Assembly: GCA_964454455.1 (NCBI GenBank)
Contig: CAYVVQ010000004.1
Location: 1 to 54,003 of the forward strand
Reading direction: 5' to 3'
Source of the DNA: an uncultured Desulfobacterales bacterium
GTDB taxonomy: Bacteria > Desulfobacterota > DSM-4660 > Desulfatiglandales > HGW-15
DNA: 54,003 bases
A program made the translations under genes and the position numbers. Under the pieces are notes generated by a model that saw only the letters and a list, made by a program, of their open reading frames with translations, did not search any database and had not been told where the DNA came from. Every line of letters begins with the position of its first letter. Within the stretch, counting starts at the first letter, position 1. Shown piece by piece: positions 37,022 through 45,235 of this stretch.

Positions 37022-37378
37022 ATGGCCAAGAGGATCCTGGTCGTCGATGACGAGCAGGCGGTCGTGCGGTACATGACCACCCTGTTCGAGGATCACGGCT
37101 ACGAGGTGATCGCGGCGACGGACGGGGCGGAGGCCCTCAAGGTCCTGGACGATAACGTGCCGGATCTCATCACGTTGGACCTCCAGATGGACAAGGTCTG
37201 GGGACCGCAGTTCTACCGCAAGATGAGCAAGAACCCGGCCCTCGAGGATGTCCCCGTCATTGTCGTGAGCGGTCTCGCCCGGCCCGAGCTGGCCATCAAG
37301 AAGGCTGCGGCCGTGGTCGGGAAACCCTTCGACCCGGACGAGCTCGTCCGGATCGTTCGAGAACAGATCGGCGAGTAA
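37022..37378 (+). CDS. Single-domain CheY-like response regulator
   Basis: 118 aa: RILVVDDEQ...DLITLDLQMD...VIVVSG...VGKPF. AGGAGG RBS. Confidence 0.9.
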   Translation: MAKRILVVDDEQAVVRYMTTLFEDHGYEVIAATDGAEALKVLDDNVPDLITLDLQMDKVWGPQFYRKMSKNPALEDVPVIVVSGLARPELAIKKAAAVVGKPFDPDELVRIVREQIGE

Positions 37379-37547
37379 GCACGGCCGCGTCAGGTGCCCC
37401 GGAACCCCCGATCATCCATGAGATCGCTTCCGGGCCGCAAGGCCGTGTTCCCGCTCCGAAGCCCACCCTCCGTCCGTCGCCGCCTCTTTCCGGGCCGGGA
37501 CGTCGCCCCTGCCCGCCCGGCCGCCGTTCGAACGATCCGCGGAGGCA

Positions 37548-37651
37548 TTGACGGGTTCGCAAAAACCCGCTCACCCGCCGCTGGACACGCTATAACCTCT
37601 TGAAATCCCAAGGGCAGATCTCGAGGCTTCGGGCTTTTTGCGACGCCATCA
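37548..37651 (-). repeat. MITE-like element, copy D
   Basis: TTGACGGGTTCGCAAAAACCCGCTCACCCGCCGCTGGACACGCTATAACC...CAGATCTCGAGGCTTCGGGCTTTTTGCGACGCCATCA. Confidence 0.85.
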
Positions 37652-37677
37652 GGTATTCCTTCTCGGCGCGAATCTTT

Positions 37678-37706
37678 TTGACACTCCCGTGGTTTTCACA
37701 TATAAA
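37678..37706 (+). promoter_or_regulatory. Sigma-70-type promoter
   Basis: TTGACA-N17-TATAAA, 100 bp upstream of the ATG at 37806. Confidence 0.55.
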
Positions 37707-37805
37707 AATCTTCTACCTTCAAGGGCTTTCGGCCTTTCACCGGAACCCGACACCGTGGAGCGCGCCGGTGGAACCCTCGAAGCCCGACAGTCGGGAGGTG
37801 CCGTC

Positions 37806-38507
37806 ATGTATCACGTGGCTTCCGAGGAAACGTACGAGGACGGAACGCTGATCTTCCGGGAGGATGCGCCGGGTGACTGGGTCTACGTCATCCTCTCGGG
37901 CTCGGTGGAGGTCTTCAAGAAGATCGAGGGAAAGGAGATCGTGATCGAGATCCTCCAGGAGGGGGAGATCTTCGGGGAGCTGGGTTTCCTGGGGCGCATC
38001 AAGCGGACGGCCGGTGCGCGGGCCGTCGGCCGCACCACCCTCGGGATCATCGACCGTTCCTTCCTGGACTCGGAGTTCAACAAGCTCTCCTCGGAGTTCC
38101 GTTCCATCCTGGTGGCGGTGGTCAAGCGGTTCAAGAAGATGCTGGAGCGGGCAAGGGATTTCGAAGGCCGCAGGGAACCCCGCACGCAGAAGACGCTCAG
38201 CCTGGCCTTCAGGGACCGAAACGCCTTTGTCAAGGCCTACAGCTCGAACATCGGCCCGGGAGGGCTGTTCGTTCGGACCCGCAACCCGCTTCCCAACGGC
38301 GATCGGTTCCTGCTCAAGCTCCAGCTGCCTGAGGTCCCGGATCCCCTCGAGATTCAGTGCGAGGTGGCATGGAGCAGAGCCGGCGGAGGGGAGGCGGGCG
38401 CGGGATCCGCAGGGATGGGGTTGAAGTTCCTGGGAATGACGCCGGAAGAACGGCAGACATTGAAGGCCTATTTGGGCGATACCTTGAGAACATCGCAGGG
38501 GACATGA
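37806..38507 (+). CDS. Cyclic-nucleotide-binding domain + PilZ domain protein
   Basis: ATG at 37806 with GGGAGGT upstream. cNMP-binding beta-roll (GEIFGELGFLG...RTAGARA). C-terminal PilZ with RREPR (RxxxR) and NIGPGGLFV (D/NxSxxG-like). Confidence 0.75.
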   Translation: MYHVASEETYEDGTLIFREDAPGDWVYVILSGSVEVFKKIEGKEIVIEILQEGEIFGELGFLGRIKRTAGARAVGRTTLGIIDRSFLDSEFNKLSSEFRSILVAVVKRFKKMLERARDFEGRREPRTQKTLSLAFRDRNAFVKAYSSNIGPGGLFVRTRNPLPNGDRFLLKLQLPEVPDPLEIQCEVAWSRAGGGEAGAGSAGMGLKFLGMTPEERQTLKAYLGDTLRTSQGT

Positions 38508-38517
38508 GGAGGATCGC

Positions 38518-39432
38518 ATGCTGGAAGAGCGGGTCGTCTATCTGAACGGGACGTTTGTTCCCTGGAGCGAGGCAAGGACCCACCTGATGTGCCACAGCTT
38601 CGGGAGGGGCTCGGCCATATTCGAGGTGCTGAGCGTACACGAGGTGGCCGGGCGGGCCTCCCTGTTCCGCTTGGACCGGCACGTGGCGAGGCTTTTTCGG
38701 ACCGCCGAGCTCCTGGGCATGAACCTCCGCCAGGGGCCGGAGGAGATCCACGAGGCGTGCCTGGAGGCCGTTCGTCGAAACGGCGTGACCCGGGGGTTCG
38801 TCAAGGTGATCTGCTACCACTCGGAGATCGCCTTCGAGATCCTTCCGCCGGATGGCCCCCTGGACGTCTCCGTCTTCGTGGTGGACCCGGCCGCGGACCT
38901 GGGCGGCCTCAAGTTTCCGTTCGACCAGGGCGCCTCGGCCTGCTTCTCCCGGTGGCACAAGCTGGACCCCCGGTGCGTACCGGTCGAGGCCAAGGCGGCG
39001 GCCAACTACCTGAACGGCATGATGGCCCGGGCCGAGGCCCGCGCCCGGGGGTATGACAACGTCATCATGCTGGACACCCAGGGGTTCGTGGCCGAAGGCG
39101 GAACCGAATCGGTCTTCATGGTCGAAAACGGCGTGCTCATGACCCCCTGCGCGGGCACGGTGCTGCTGAGCATCACGCGCCGATCGCTCCTCGAGGCGGC
39201 CGATGTGATCGGGCTCCCGGCCCGCGAGGTGCGCATTCACCCCGATCGGCTCATGGAGGCGGACGAGCTTCTCTTCTCGGGGACGCCCAACAAGGTGCTT
39301 CCGGTGAGACGGATCGAGGACCGGGACATCGCAGGGACGCCCGGCCCGGTGACCCGAAAGCTGTTCGATCTCATGAACGAGATCACGTCCGGAAGGGACG
39401 AGCGGTTCCGGGAATGGCTTTTCCCGGTCTGA
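38518..39432 (+). CDS. ilvE: Class IV (branched-chain/D-amino-acid) aminotransferase
   Basis: 304 aa: FGRGSAIFEV..., VEAKAAANYLNGMMARAEARARGYDNVIMLD (catalytic Lys context), GITRRSLL-like (SITRRSLLEAA). Confidence 0.75.
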   Translation: MLEERVVYLNGTFVPWSEARTHLMCHSFGRGSAIFEVLSVHEVAGRASLFRLDRHVARLFRTAELLGMNLRQGPEEIHEACLEAVRRNGVTRGFVKVICYHSEIAFEILPPDGPLDVSVFVVDPAADLGGLKFPFDQGASACFSRWHKLDPRCVPVEAKAAANYLNGMMARAEARARGYDNVIMLDTQGFVAEGGTESVFMVENGVLMTPCAGTVLLSITRRSLLEAADVIGLPAREVRIHPDRLMEADELLFSGTPNKVLPVRRIEDRDIAGTPGPVTRKLFDLMNEITSGRDERFREWLFPV

Positions 39433-39463
39433 GAACCCGCATTTTGCCGGGCGCATCGAGCCC

Positions 39464-39562
39464 GACGCAGAACCCGCCGACCCGCCGCTGGAAACACGGT
39501 CATCCATTGGAGTTCCGGGGGGCGACCCCCGAGACCTCGGGCTTTTTTTGAGCCCCGTCAGG
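39464..39562 (-). repeat. Degenerate copy of the MITE-like element
   Basis: GACGCAGAACCCGCCGACCCGCCGCTGGAAACACGG...CCTCGGGCTTTTTTTGAGCCCCGTCAGG. It keeps the CCCGCCGCTGGAAAC core and both end-like segments but has diverged elsewhere. Confidence 0.55.
39517..39549 (+). terminator. Possible terminator after the ilvE-like gene (inside the degenerate repeat)
   Basis: GGGGG-GCGA-CCCCC and CCCGA-GACC-TCGGG are alternative short hairpins, followed by CTTTTTTT. Confidence 0.4.
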
Positions 39563-39573
39563 AGTCAAGCTGT

Positions 39574-40362
39574 ATGGGCGAGCCCCACGTGCTCTACGAC
39601 ATTCGGGACCAGGTGGCCGTGATCACCTTGAACCGGCCGGAGGCGGGCAACGCCTTCAGTGAGGCGATGATCTCTCTTTGGAACCGGCGCCTGAGAGAGG
39701 CCCGAACGGACGACGAGGTTCGTGTCGTGGTGGTCACGGGCAAGGGAGACACCTTCTGCTCGGGCGGCGACATCCGGGACATGGCCGAGGGGAAGCTGCG
39801 GTCGTGGGACATGAAACGGTTCGTGTGGGAGGGCGTTCACAGGATCGCCCTCACCCTGGAGGACCTGGACAAGCCCGTCATCGCGGCCGTCAACGGCGCC
39901 GCCATGGGGGCGGGCCTGGACATGGCTCTCATGTGCGATCTCCGGGTCTGCTCCGACCGCGCCCGGCTGGCCGAGTCCTACATCAACCTGGGGGTGGTGC
40001 CCGGGGACGGCGGCGCCTACTTCCTTCCCCGCCTCGTGGGTTGCGCCAAGGCCCTGGAGCTCTTGCTGACGGGAGAGATCCTCACCGCGGAGCAGGCCCT
40101 GGCACTGGGGATCGCAAACCGGGTGGCGCCCCATGATCGCCTCATGGAGGAGGCCTTCGCACTGGCCCGCAAGATCGCCTCCAAGCCCCCGCTGGCGGTC
40201 CGGATGACCAAACGGGCGGTGTACCAGGGGCTCAGTCAATCGCTCCGGGCCCACCTGGACTCGATCTCCAGCCAGCTGGCCCTCTTGAGCGAGACCGAGG
40301 ACCATCTCGAGGCGGCCCGTGCGTTCCTGGAAAAGCGAAAGCCGGTGTTCCGGGGGCGATAG
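39574..40362 (+). CDS. Enoyl-CoA hydratase/isomerase (crotonase) family protein
   Basis: 262 aa: VAVITLNRPEAGNAF..., VVVVTGKGDTFCSGGDI, IAAVNGAAMGAGLDMALMCD. Confidence 0.85.
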   Translation: MGEPHVLYDIRDQVAVITLNRPEAGNAFSEAMISLWNRRLREARTDDEVRVVVVTGKGDTFCSGGDIRDMAEGKLRSWDMKRFVWEGVHRIALTLEDLDKPVIAAVNGAAMGAGLDMALMCDLRVCSDRARLAESYINLGVVPGDGGAYFLPRLVGCAKALELLLTGEILTAEQALALGIANRVAPHDRLMEEAFALARKIASKPPLAVRMTKRAVYQGLSQSLRAHLDSISSQLALLSETEDHLEAARAFLEKRKPVFRGR

Positions 40363-40388
40363 CCTGGACCCGCCCCGAACGCGACGAA

Positions 40389-40604
40389 TCAACCGCCGGC
40401 TTGCCCGGCCGGGCTGACGTGCGGGTTTCCCTGCCTGCGGTTTTCCTTGGACAGCTCGTGGATGACGCACTGCGGGCGGAACTTGCAGTAGTTGGAGGGG
40501 TCCGCGCACTCGACGCCGTTGTCCAGACAGTCCTGGCAGTAGCCGACGAGCATCTTCTGGCAGACGACGCGGGCCTCGCGATCGGGGTGGTACCGGCAGT
40601 TCAC
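40389..40604 (-). CDS. Small Cys-rich (B-box/zinc-ribbon-like) protein, 71 aa
   Basis: NCRYHPDREARVVCQKMLVGYCQDCLDNGVECADPSNYCKFRPQC (7 Cys, 2 His). GTG start with AAGGAG 5 nt upstream, overlapping the upstream stop (GTGA). Confidence 0.6.
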   Translation of the reverse strand: MNCRYHPDREARVVCQKMLVGYCQDCLDNGVECADPSNYCKFRPQCVIHELSKENRRQGNPHVSPAGQAGG

Positions 40605-41098
40605 GGGGCTCCTTTCTCAATGGCCGGGTGAGGCCGTTCCCGCACCCAGCGCCGCTTCCTCAGGGCGAACACCAGCGCGGCCGCCAGGAAGAGCATCATG
40701 AGACCGAGATGCGCAATGTCCACGAACATGGTGGTGGCGGGGGAAAAGGTCACGTCGGGCAGGTTCTTGAGCACCCGGACCACCCCGGTCCCGGCGATCC
40801 CGCCCAGAAGCAGAACCCGGACCCACCCCGCGGCGGTGAGTGCGTATCGTTTTCGAATGGACAACACGTACTCCGCGGCCATGTACCCGAAGAGCGCCAG
40901 GATGAGGACGGCGCCCAGGTAGTGGAGGAAGTGGGTGAAGAAGAAATCGGCCGACCAGGCCAGCCCTGGAATGTCGGCGATGTAGTAGCGCTTGAAGATG
41001 GGCATCTGGCCGAAGCCCGTGAAGGCCATGCCGGCGAACAGGATCCCGAAAGACCAACGCATCCACCTTGCTGGAAGGACGTCTTCTTTGACGTTCAT
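40601..41098 (-). CDS. 4-TM membrane protein, cytochrome-b (PhsC/FdnI)-like
   Basis: 165 aa: RWMRWSFGILFAGMAFTGFGQMP, FFTHFLHYLG, DIAHLG (three conserved-looking His residues in TM helices). Overlaps both neighbours by 4 nt. Confidence 0.45.
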   Translation of the reverse strand: MNVKEDVLPARWMRWSFGILFAGMAFTGFGQMPIFKRYYIADIPGLAWSADFFFTHFLHYLGAVLILALFGYMAAEYVLSIRKRYALTAAGWVRVLLLGGIAGTGVVRVLKNLPDVTFSPATTMFVDIAHLGLMMLFLAAALVFALRKRRWVRERPHPAIEKGAP

Positions 41099-42081
41099 GA
41101 CCGGTCCTCCTTTCCTTCGTTGCCCGAGTCCCGGCTGGAGGCCTTGAAGAATCGGGCCGCGGCCGCCGCGATCCCCGCCACCGGAGCGATCACCATGGCC
41201 GTGGCCAGGTTGTCCGCGTGGGCCATGGCGTCCTCCACCGGCTCGAGGTGGGGACGTCCCGGCCCCTTTTGAACGGCCCGGTCGAGCTCCTCGAACGGGA
41301 CCGGAGAGACGTAGATGGTGTTGGTCCCGCCGTTCTCGTGCTCACCGTAAATGTACCCGCCGATCTCGCCGGCGATGGCATGGGCCTCTTTCAGGACGGC
41401 GTCCCTCGGACCGATCTTCTGGACCTCCTCGGGACAGCTCTCGATGCAGGCGGGAAGCTCGCCCTGCGCCACCCGGTCGAAGCAGCGGTCGCACTTGTAC
41501 ATGACCCCGTTTCCGGCGAAGCTGGGGAGAAGATCCAGATAGAGCCCCGTCCCGGTCTGCCGCTGGGGAATGTGCCAGGGACAGACGTCTTTGCATTTGC
41601 TTCCGCCCAGGCAGATGTCCGGGTGAATCCGCGTGATGCCGTTCTCGAGCTTCCGTGCGGCGCCCCACGGGCAGAGGTCCGCGCAGGGCGGGTTCTGGCA
41701 GTGCATGCAGCGCCGGGGAATGGTGAGCGTCTTCTCCTCGCCGTTCACCGTGACCCCGGCCTCCTGGATGAACAACCAGTTGTATGGGGTCAACCGGTCC
41801 GTCACGTGCCGCCGCTCGCTCCAGTCCGAGACCTTCACCCTCGACGGGTACATTTTGGGGAACGGCTTTTCCGGTTCGGGAAATTTGGCCTCGTTGCTCC
41901 AGCTGCAGGCCTCCACGCAGGCCTCGCACCCGATGCACTTCCGGATGTCGATGAGCGTGGCCAGCTCCTTCGATGAAGCGCCCCGGACGGCGGCGGGCAG
42001 GGGAAGGCGCGAGGCGGTCAGGGCGCCGGCCGCGGCGATGCCGGCTTTGAGGAAATGTCGTCGTGATATGTCTCGAGGCAT
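41095..42081 (-). CDS. Tat-exported 4Fe-4S multi-cluster ferredoxin (DmsB/HybA-like) with a C-terminal TM anchor
   Basis: ATG at 42081 with GGAGGGA upstream. Twin-arginine signal SRRHFLKAGIAAAGA. CIGCEACVEAC, CMHCQNPPCADLCP, CKDVCP, CDRCFDRV...CIESCP. Hydrophobic C-terminus MVIAPVAGIAAAAA. Confidence 0.8.
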   Translation of the reverse strand: MPRDISRRHFLKAGIAAAGALTASRLPLPAAVRGASSKELATLIDIRKCIGCEACVEACSWSNEAKFPEPEKPFPKMYPSRVKVSDWSERRHVTDRLTPYNWLFIQEAGVTVNGEEKTLTIPRRCMHCQNPPCADLCPWGAARKLENGITRIHPDICLGGSKCKDVCPWHIPQRQTGTGLYLDLLPSFAGNGVMYKCDRCFDRVAQGELPACIESCPEEVQKIGPRDAVLKEAHAIAGEIGGYIYGEHENGGTNTIYVSPVPFEELDRAVQKGPGRPHLEPVEDAMAHADNLATAMVIAPVAGIAAAAARFFKASSRDSGNEGKEDRS

Positions 42082-42182
42082 GATTCCCTCCGCAATTCGT
42101 GGGGTCGTTGACAAATCAGAGCCGCCCCGGCGCAAAAGGTTTCAGACGGCGGCGGGCGGGCGGAGAGGATCGGTTCCGCTGT

Positions 42183-42437
42183 TCACGGGCGGGAGGAAGC
42201 CCCTTGGGCCACGCACTCGCGGAGGGCGGCCCTCAGGCGAAGCTTCACGTCGCGGGGGACGGATTCCCGCGGACATCGCCTCATCACGTCCACGGTCTTC
42301 TTCAGCGACTCCACGCACGCGCGACACTCCGGGCAGTCCTTGAGGTGTGCGCGGATCTCCTCGCAGGTCGCCTCGTCGAGCTCCCCGTCCAGGAACTCCG
42401 AGATGTGCTCTACGTGCTTCATGCAGTCTTCATGCAT
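42183..42437 (-). CDS. Zinc-binding anti-sigma factor (ZAS, zf-HC2), soluble RsrA-like
   Basis: 84 aa: HISEFLDGELD...HLKDCPECRAC (H-x3-C-x2-C). No TM segment. Overlaps the sigma gene by 8 nt. Confidence 0.8.
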   Translation of the reverse strand: MHEDCMKHVEHISEFLDGELDEATCEEIRAHLKDCPECRACVESLKKTVDVMRRCPRESVPRDVKLRLRAALRECVAQGASSRP

Positions 42438-43041
42438 GGGGAACGTCCTTTCGATAGCGTTCCGTGATTTTCTCCCTCAGGTAAAGGCGGGCACGGTGAA
42501 GCCTCGTCTTGACCGCCTGGGGGGTGATGTCCATGATGTCGGCCGTCTCCTCCGTGCTGAAACCCTCCATGTCCCTGAGGTTGAACACCATCCGGTATAT
42601 GGGCGGAAGCTCATGCACCGCCTCCTCGATCACCTCCTTCAGCTCGCTCCGGAGGAGATTCGCCGAGGGATCGTCGCTCCAGTCCGGGATGTCGTAGCGC
42701 CCGGCCGCCCCTTCCCCCGGAACCAGGTTCTCCAGGCTGAGCTCGTAGTCGGGCTCGCACTTCTTCTTCCTTCGCTTCCGGAAGCAGGCGTTCGCCGCGA
42801 TCTTGTAAAGCCAGTTCTTGAGCCGGGTCTCTTCCCGGAAGTCCTTGAGGTAACGGAAGGCGCTCAGGAGCGTGTCCTGGATGATGTCCTCGGCGTCCTC
42901 CCGCTGGCCGCACATGCGGAGACCGAAGTTGTAAAGCCCTTCTTCGTAGAGGCCCACGATCTCCTCCATGGCGTCGGGGGAACCCTGCTTGAAACGCTCG
43001 ATGAGCCGGTGTTCGTCGTCTGTGGTCGCACGCTGTTTCAT
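42430..43041 (-). CDS. ECF-type sigma-70 family factor
   Basis: Region 2 (LYNFGLRMCGQREDAEDIIQDTLLSAF, NWLYKIAANAC) and region 4 (FSTEETADIMDITPQAVKTRLHRAR). ATG at 43041; the track ORF starts at TTG 43044. Confidence 0.9.
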   Translation of the reverse strand: MKQRATTDDEHRLIERFKQGSPDAMEEIVGLYEEGLYNFGLRMCGQREDAEDIIQDTLLSAFRYLKDFREETRLKNWLYKIAANACFRKRRKKKCEPDYELSLENLVPGEGAAGRYDIPDWSDDPSANLLRSELKEVIEEAVHELPPIYRMVFNLRDMEGFSTEETADIMDITPQAVKTRLHRARLYLREKITERYRKDVPHA

Positions 43042-43078
43042 CAATATAGATCCGGTTTTCGTCGTTCAGGTTACAGAA

Positions 43079-43101
43079 ATTGACGCGTTCGCAAAACCCG
43101 C
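43079..43101 (-). repeat. Solo terminal segment of the MITE-like element
   Basis: TTGACGCGTTCGCAAAACCCGCC matches the TTGACGGGTTCGCAAAAACCCGC end. The rest of the element is absent. Confidence 0.5.
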
Positions 43102-43315
43102 CGGTTTCGGCCGGAAACCCTCGGTGCTGGGTTCCACGGCGGTGGGATCAGCTCACACACCCGGTCGAGCGCGTCGGCGGGGACGGGACCCGATCTACCA
43201 CACATGGGCGCTCGATGCAACGCGCCGGGCCGCCGTTCCCCGGCGGCGGGACGGCGTATGGGCGTCTCCCCGCGTATCGGGACACAAAGGCCCCCCTTTT
43301 CGACCCCTCTTCCCG

Positions 43316-45193
43316 TCAGCCGACGTGCACGTCCGCCGGCTTGGGCTCGAACGGGATGGAGAACTCGTAGACCCCCGAGTCCATGACCGCCTTGACGGGG
43401 TACGGGGATCTCTCCAGGACCTTGAGCATGGATTTGTTCGAGGCCAGCACGTCGGCCGTGAACCCGGAGATTCCCCGCTCTTTCGCGATTCGAATGAGGT
43501 ATAGGAAGAGGAAGGTGGCGATGCCCTTGCCCTTGTAAGCCTCGTCCACCACGAAGGCGATGTCGGCGAACGGGGTGTCGCCGGGCAGCACGTACCGTCC
43601 CTCGGCCACGAGCCTTCCCTCTCCGGGCTCTCCCACAAGGCCCACGATGGACATGGCGTTCCGGTAGTCCACGTTCACGTACTCCTGCATCTTCCTGTGC
43701 GGCATGGTCTTCACCGGCGAGAAGTAGCGGTAGTAGACCGATTCGTCCGAGAACCGGTAGAAGAGGCGCCGCATCTCCTCCACGTCCGAGGGCCGGATGG
43801 GGCGGAATCGGACCTCCAGACCGCCCTTGAAGGTCTCGGTGCAGGAGAGCTCCTCGGGATAGTGGCGGCTCTGCTCCGCGTGGTACACCTGGTCCGGATA
43901 GAGGATGTTCTCTTCCTTGGCCAGCCGGACCAGCTCGGTCCGGTCGTCGGGGTGGGCGATGTCGATCAGGGCGAGGGCCCGCTCCCGGATGGTCCGTCCG
44001 GTCAGGGAGGCGATCCCGTACTCGGTCACCACCAGGTCCAGGGACTCCCGGGCCGAGAACTGGTTGGGAAAATCCTTGACGGACAGCAGGATGTTGGTCT
44101 CGCCCCGGGCGTTCCGGCTGGGAAGGCCCAAAATGGTCCGGCCGCCGGGTGAGAGGGCGGCGCCCTTGAAGAGCTCCTGGGCCTCTCCGGGGCCGGTTCC
44201 CACGTTTCCCTTGCCGTGCGGGAGAGCCACCCCCCCGGTGAGGTCGATCTTGCGCGCGGGGAGCACCACCATGAAGCGCTCGTTTTTTCCCATGCGCATC
44301 GGATCGCCCACCACGTCGATGCCCTGAAACTCCAGCAGGGGGTTCCCGTCCAGCCATCCCATGAGCTCCTCGGTGCCGAGGGCGTATGAGGCCACGGATT
44401 TCCCCTTGAAGTTGTGCTTTTTTCGGTTGGTGACCGCACCGCTTCGCACGAGCTCCATGAGCGGATCGGTGAAGAAGGGGGAGTGGATGCCCAAGTCCGT
44501 CCTCCGGGAAAGGTGCCGGGCCAGGGCGTCGAAGATGGGCCCCACCGAGAAAGCGATGCAGCTCCCGTCCTGGATCAGGGAGGCCACGTTGCGGCCGATC
44601 TTGTCGTGGACCTCGTTCACGGGCCAGCGGTCGAAGGTGATGAGTGGCTCCGAGCTCTCGACCAGCAGGTCGAACTCGCTTTCCCTCACAAAGGTGTCCC
44701 CCATGGTGCGGGGGATCGTGGGGTTTATCTCCCCCACCACGAGCGAGGCCTGGCTCATGGCCTGGCGGGCCACATCCACGGCCGGGCCCAGGCTCGCGTA
44801 CCCGGACTCGTCGAACGGCGTGATCTGGACAAAGGCCGCGTCGATGTGAATGGTGCCCGACTCGATGAGCAGCGGGACGCGGCTGAAGGGGCAGGGGATG
44901 AGATCCACCCTGCCCTCCCGAATGGCCTCGCTGGCGATCCAACCGGAAAAGAAGGTCTTCAGGCGGTACTTCTCGGCCGTCTGATGGTCGATGGAGACGG
45001 TTTCGCCCAGGCTCACGAGCTGGATGAGCTCCAGGTCCCTCAGGTTGGGTGAGCTGGAGGTGGTGAAGGCCTTGATCAGGCTCCGCGGCTCGGCCACGCC
45101 GGTCCCCAGAAAGATGCTCATGCCCGGACGGATCCCGGACAGGGCATGGTTGTGGGTCGTCATCCTGGCCTTCCATGCGGGATCCGGGGGCAT
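43316..45193 (-). CDS. Acetyl-CoA hydrolase/transferase-family domain fused to a C-terminal Pat-type GNAT acetyltransferase
   Basis: 625 aa; ATG at 45193 with AAAGGAG 8 nt upstream. N-terminal ~450 aa are CoA-transferase-like (SIFLGTGVAEP..., VVTEYGIA). C-terminal: RFRPIRPSDVEEMRRLFYRFSDESVYYRYF...EAYKGKGIAT. Confidence 0.75.
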   Translation of the reverse strand: MPPDPAWKARMTTHNHALSGIRPGMSIFLGTGVAEPRSLIKAFTTSSSPNLRDLELIQLVSLGETVSIDHQTAEKYRLKTFFSGWIASEAIREGRVDLIPCPFSRVPLLIESGTIHIDAAFVQITPFDESGYASLGPAVDVARQAMSQASLVVGEINPTIPRTMGDTFVRESEFDLLVESSEPLITFDRWPVNEVHDKIGRNVASLIQDGSCIAFSVGPIFDALARHLSRRTDLGIHSPFFTDPLMELVRSGAVTNRKKHNFKGKSVASYALGTEELMGWLDGNPLLEFQGIDVVGDPMRMGKNERFMVVLPARKIDLTGGVALPHGKGNVGTGPGEAQELFKGAALSPGGRTILGLPSRNARGETNILLSVKDFPNQFSARESLDLVVTEYGIASLTGRTIRERALALIDIAHPDDRTELVRLAKEENILYPDQVYHAEQSRHYPEELSCTETFKGGLEVRFRPIRPSDVEEMRRLFYRFSDESVYYRYFSPVKTMPHRKMQEYVNVDYRNAMSIVGLVGEPGEGRLVAEGRYVLPGDTPFADIAFVVDEAYKGKGIATFLFLYLIRIAKERGISGFTADVLASNKSMLKVLERSPYPVKAVMDSGVYEFSIPFEPKPADVHVG

Positions 45194-45235
45194 GGTTGAG
45201 CTCCTTTTGAAGGAATCGGGTGGTGGCGAGCCGGT

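Noticed and set aside
42082-42182. ECF-type promoter (GGAAC ... CGTCT) between the anti-sigma gene and the Tat-FeS gene.
   Set aside because: The spacer between the candidate -35 GGAACC and CGTCT is ~24-26 nt, against the usual 16-17.
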